DNA of 64,000 nt from Octopus vulgaris (lineage: Eukaryota): contig OX597826.1 in the NCBI GenBank assembly GCA_951406725.2, positions 13,950,001-14,014,000 on the forward strand, in the 5' to 3' direction. Positions within the stretch are counted from its first letter, which is position 1; every line of letters begins with the position of its first letter. Shown here in pieces: positions 61,236 through 64,000 of the stretch. The translations under genes were made by a program, and so were the position numbers. The notes beneath the pieces are model-generated. The model did not search any database. It saw nothing but the letters and a program-made list of their open reading frames with translations, and had not been told where the DNA came from.

Positions 61236-62588
61236 CTGAAAATAAAGATAATGCAACCATTATCAATCATTTTCATTTCAGGATTCTTAACATGCTTGAA
61301 TGTTGTCAGGTCAGAAGAGAAAGGATAAAGCATGCCTTACAAACGAACACCACCACAACAACCCTCTTCTTTTAAGGCGCTGAATGACATCCCTCCTCCC
61401 CAAACCTCACCCCACATTACCTTCCCAGTTTTCAGAGTTGGCACAATGAAAGGTAGGTCTAGTGAGATTGTAGAGATGCCTCCTCTGTCTGGCCCCTGTG
61501 CTGGTGGCATGTAAAAAGCACCCACTACACTCACAGAGTGGTTGGCATTAGGAAGGGCATCCAGCCGTAGAAACACTGCCAGATTAGACTGGAGCCTGGT
61601 GCAGCCTTCTGGCTTCCCAGACCTCGGTCGAACCATCCAACCCATGATAGCATGGAAAGCGGACGTTAAACGAGGATGATGATGATGATTATTATACTGC
61701 CAGTTAAGGTATCTGGTCTTGTCCTGTGCTAAAATTTGGCCCTTCGTTTGGTAGAAGCAACAGAAAACCAGCCAAATGGTAAACCTGCCCTTGAATATTA
61801 AAAAAATGGCATTCACCCTTTTCATTTAAGACTTGCAGTACCAAACAAGATCATTTGAAACTAGGGGTTGCACGTATAGTGCATTTGTTTGTGTGCATGT
61901 TATCATTAGCATTTTACGGTCTACTTTTCCATGCTGGCTCAGGTAAGATTCACTGAAGCAGAATTTTTAAAGCAGATGTTCTTCCAATCACCAACCTTCA
62001 CCTGTTACCAAGCACGGTAATACTTCCCCCTAATCCAGACACCTGTTACCAAGCACGGTAATACTTCCCCCTAATCCAGACATGAATCTGACATTTTTCT
62101 GACAAGAGGTTTTTTCTTTATACAGAGTAGAGCATGCAAAATTTGCTTCAACAATTCCGTCTGAGCCATGCAAGCATGGAAAAAAAGAATGTAGAATAAT
62201 AATAATTATTATTATTATTAAGGCAATGACCTGGCAGAACCATTAGCATGCCAGACAAGATACTTAGTGGCATTTCATCTATCGTTACATTTTGAGTTCA
62301 AATTCCACTGTCATCATCATTATTGTTCGACCGTGGTCAAGACAATGGAATTTACCATGCTACGCCAGACTTCACGGTCCATCATGGCATTACGGAGGTC
62401 CTGTTGATGGATGCCTGTATCCCTGGAGATTACATCAGGGTAGGAGAGTGTGCGCCCTCTGTGCTCAACTTTGCCTTTTATCCTTTCAGGGTTGATAAAG
62501 TAAGTACCAGTTGAGTACTGGGGTTGATGAAAGTGACTATGTACATACCCTAAAATTTCAGGCCTTGTGGCTATAGTAGAAAGGATCT

Positions 62589-62908
62589 TTACCCCCATCT
62601 TAGCGAAGGCAGAGGTATTGTTTTCAATAGTGTTTGTTTGTTCGTTATTTGTCTGTGGACAAGATATCTCAAGAATCGCTGGATGGGTTCGGATGAAAAT
62701 TTCAGTAATGTTTGGCCTTGTGACTGGCACAAACTGATTAAATTTTGGGACCAATCTGGTACCTGATAAGGATTCTGGATTATTTGTTATATTCACTTTA
62801 CATGAATTATTACAAAAGATTCTCATTTTAAAAATCATCTTCGGCTAATCGTTGAGAGGACATTGGTGTTGCCTTGGTAGAGGTTTGCGCTCTCTGAATG
62901 CTCTTGTT
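62589..62908 (+). mobile_element. Helentron/HINE-like non-autonomous element
   Basis: Inserted in a TT context; aaggcagagg near the 5' end, tgtt microsatellite, 3' ccttggtagagg plus small hairpin gcgctctctgaatgc. Confidence 0.55.
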
Positions 62909-63482
62909 ATTATTGTTATGACTGAGCTTAGGGTACAAAGCTATTGACAAATGGTAGCATTGTTTTAAAGAAAAGTGACAAACATTGACTCTGATTGCTG
63001 TTAAGCCCAAAGTCAGTTCTGACAAAACAGATCTCCAATCAAAAGCATTCTGGCCTCATTTTCTTTTCAAGAACAGAGTACTCTAAATTGTATTATCAAG
63101 AGTGTCGTTTTCTTATTAAGACAAGTGTAGTTGAAGGAAGATTTGGTCACGATTTCTAGCAACTTGAGTGACCACGCAGAGGCTTTCTCATTAATCCACA
63201 GAAGTACAAGGTACATAGCGAATTCTTTGATACAGACATGAAGGAATTTGCAATCATTTCAGAAACGAATTGACCTAAACAAAAGACTAAATTAATTATT
63301 CTAGTATAAAAAGAAAACCAGATTTGCTTTTAGAACTTTCTCTATTGACTAATATTACACGCAAGCATCACATGACAATAGAGAAAATTATTCATAAAGA
63401 TTAAAAGGCTTTGACAGGTTTTATTGTAAGAATGAATACAGCTGTTTGTATATAGTGCAAGATAAGTATTATACTGACTCAC

Positions 63483-63524
63483 AGGTTTATGCTGAATGAA
63501 GCCGATGGATAACTGGTCTTCCAC
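63483..63524 (-). CDS. Possible upstream ERCC1 exon VEDQLSIGFIQHKP
   Basis: cag|...|gtgagt, 42 nt, phase-0 end compatible with the 61235 acceptor; weak pyrimidine tract and no recognisable homology. Confidence 0.3.
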
Positions 63525-63626
63525 CTGTACAATGGTAACTGTTCAAGTTAACGAGGATGATGTAATGAGTCGAGTTAAAATATACAGACAGGAAGTGAGT
63601 GAAAAAAAAAAAGTAGTTCTATATAA

Positions 63627-64000
63627 GGTGCAGGAGTGGCTGTGTGGTAAGTAGCTTGCTAACCAACCACATGGTTCCGGGTTCAGTCCCACTGCGTGGC
63701 ACCATGGGCAAGTGTCTTCTACTATAGCCTCGGACTGACCAAAGCCTTGTGAGTGGATTTGGTAGAGGGAAACTGAAAGAAGCCCATCGTATATATATAT
63801 GTGTGTATGTGAGTGTGTGTTTGTCCCCCTAGCATTGCTTGACAACCGATGCTGGTGTGTTTACGTCCCTGTCACTTAGCGGTTCGGCAAAAGGGACCGA
63901 TAGAATAAGTACTGGGCTTACAAAGAATAAGTCCCGGGGTCGATTTGCTCGACTAAAGGCGGTGCTCCAGCATGGCCGCAGTCAAATGACTGAAACAAGT
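63627..64000 (+). mobile_element. SINE family A, runs to window end
   Basis: Near full-length copy. Confidence 0.9.

Overview
Eukaryotic, AT-rich, repeat-dense animal DNA. The SINE, microsatellite and LINE content looks like an octopus or other coleoid cephalopod; this is inferred from repeat types and not verified. The one host gene I can support is ERCC1 on the minus strand: ten exons read by hand from 61235 down to 39945 splice in frame with GT-AG boundaries to give 337 aa plus stop. The start codon was not found and probably lies further upstream. Almost everything else is transposon-derived: several tRNA-headed SINE families, RTE and CR1 LINE fragments, mariner, pogo, Gypsy and Helitron remnants, piggyBac-like and 8-bp-TSD MITEs, microsatellites, a 9 x 115-bp array inside an RTE LINE, and a ~1-kb local duplication. 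The most unusual signal is a set of unrelated elements carrying minimal type I hammerhead ribozyme motifs. These are a ~356-bp retrozyme-like unit with an intact core on a long rod stem (58831-59284), an inverted pair of tRNA-headed elements with hammerhead-like tails (56569-57066), an intact-looking hammerhead at 38801-38879, and several decayed ones. A Penelope-like GIY-YIG fragment is also present. Nearly all ORFs in the supplied track are spurious translations of repeats. Repeat boundaries are approximate.
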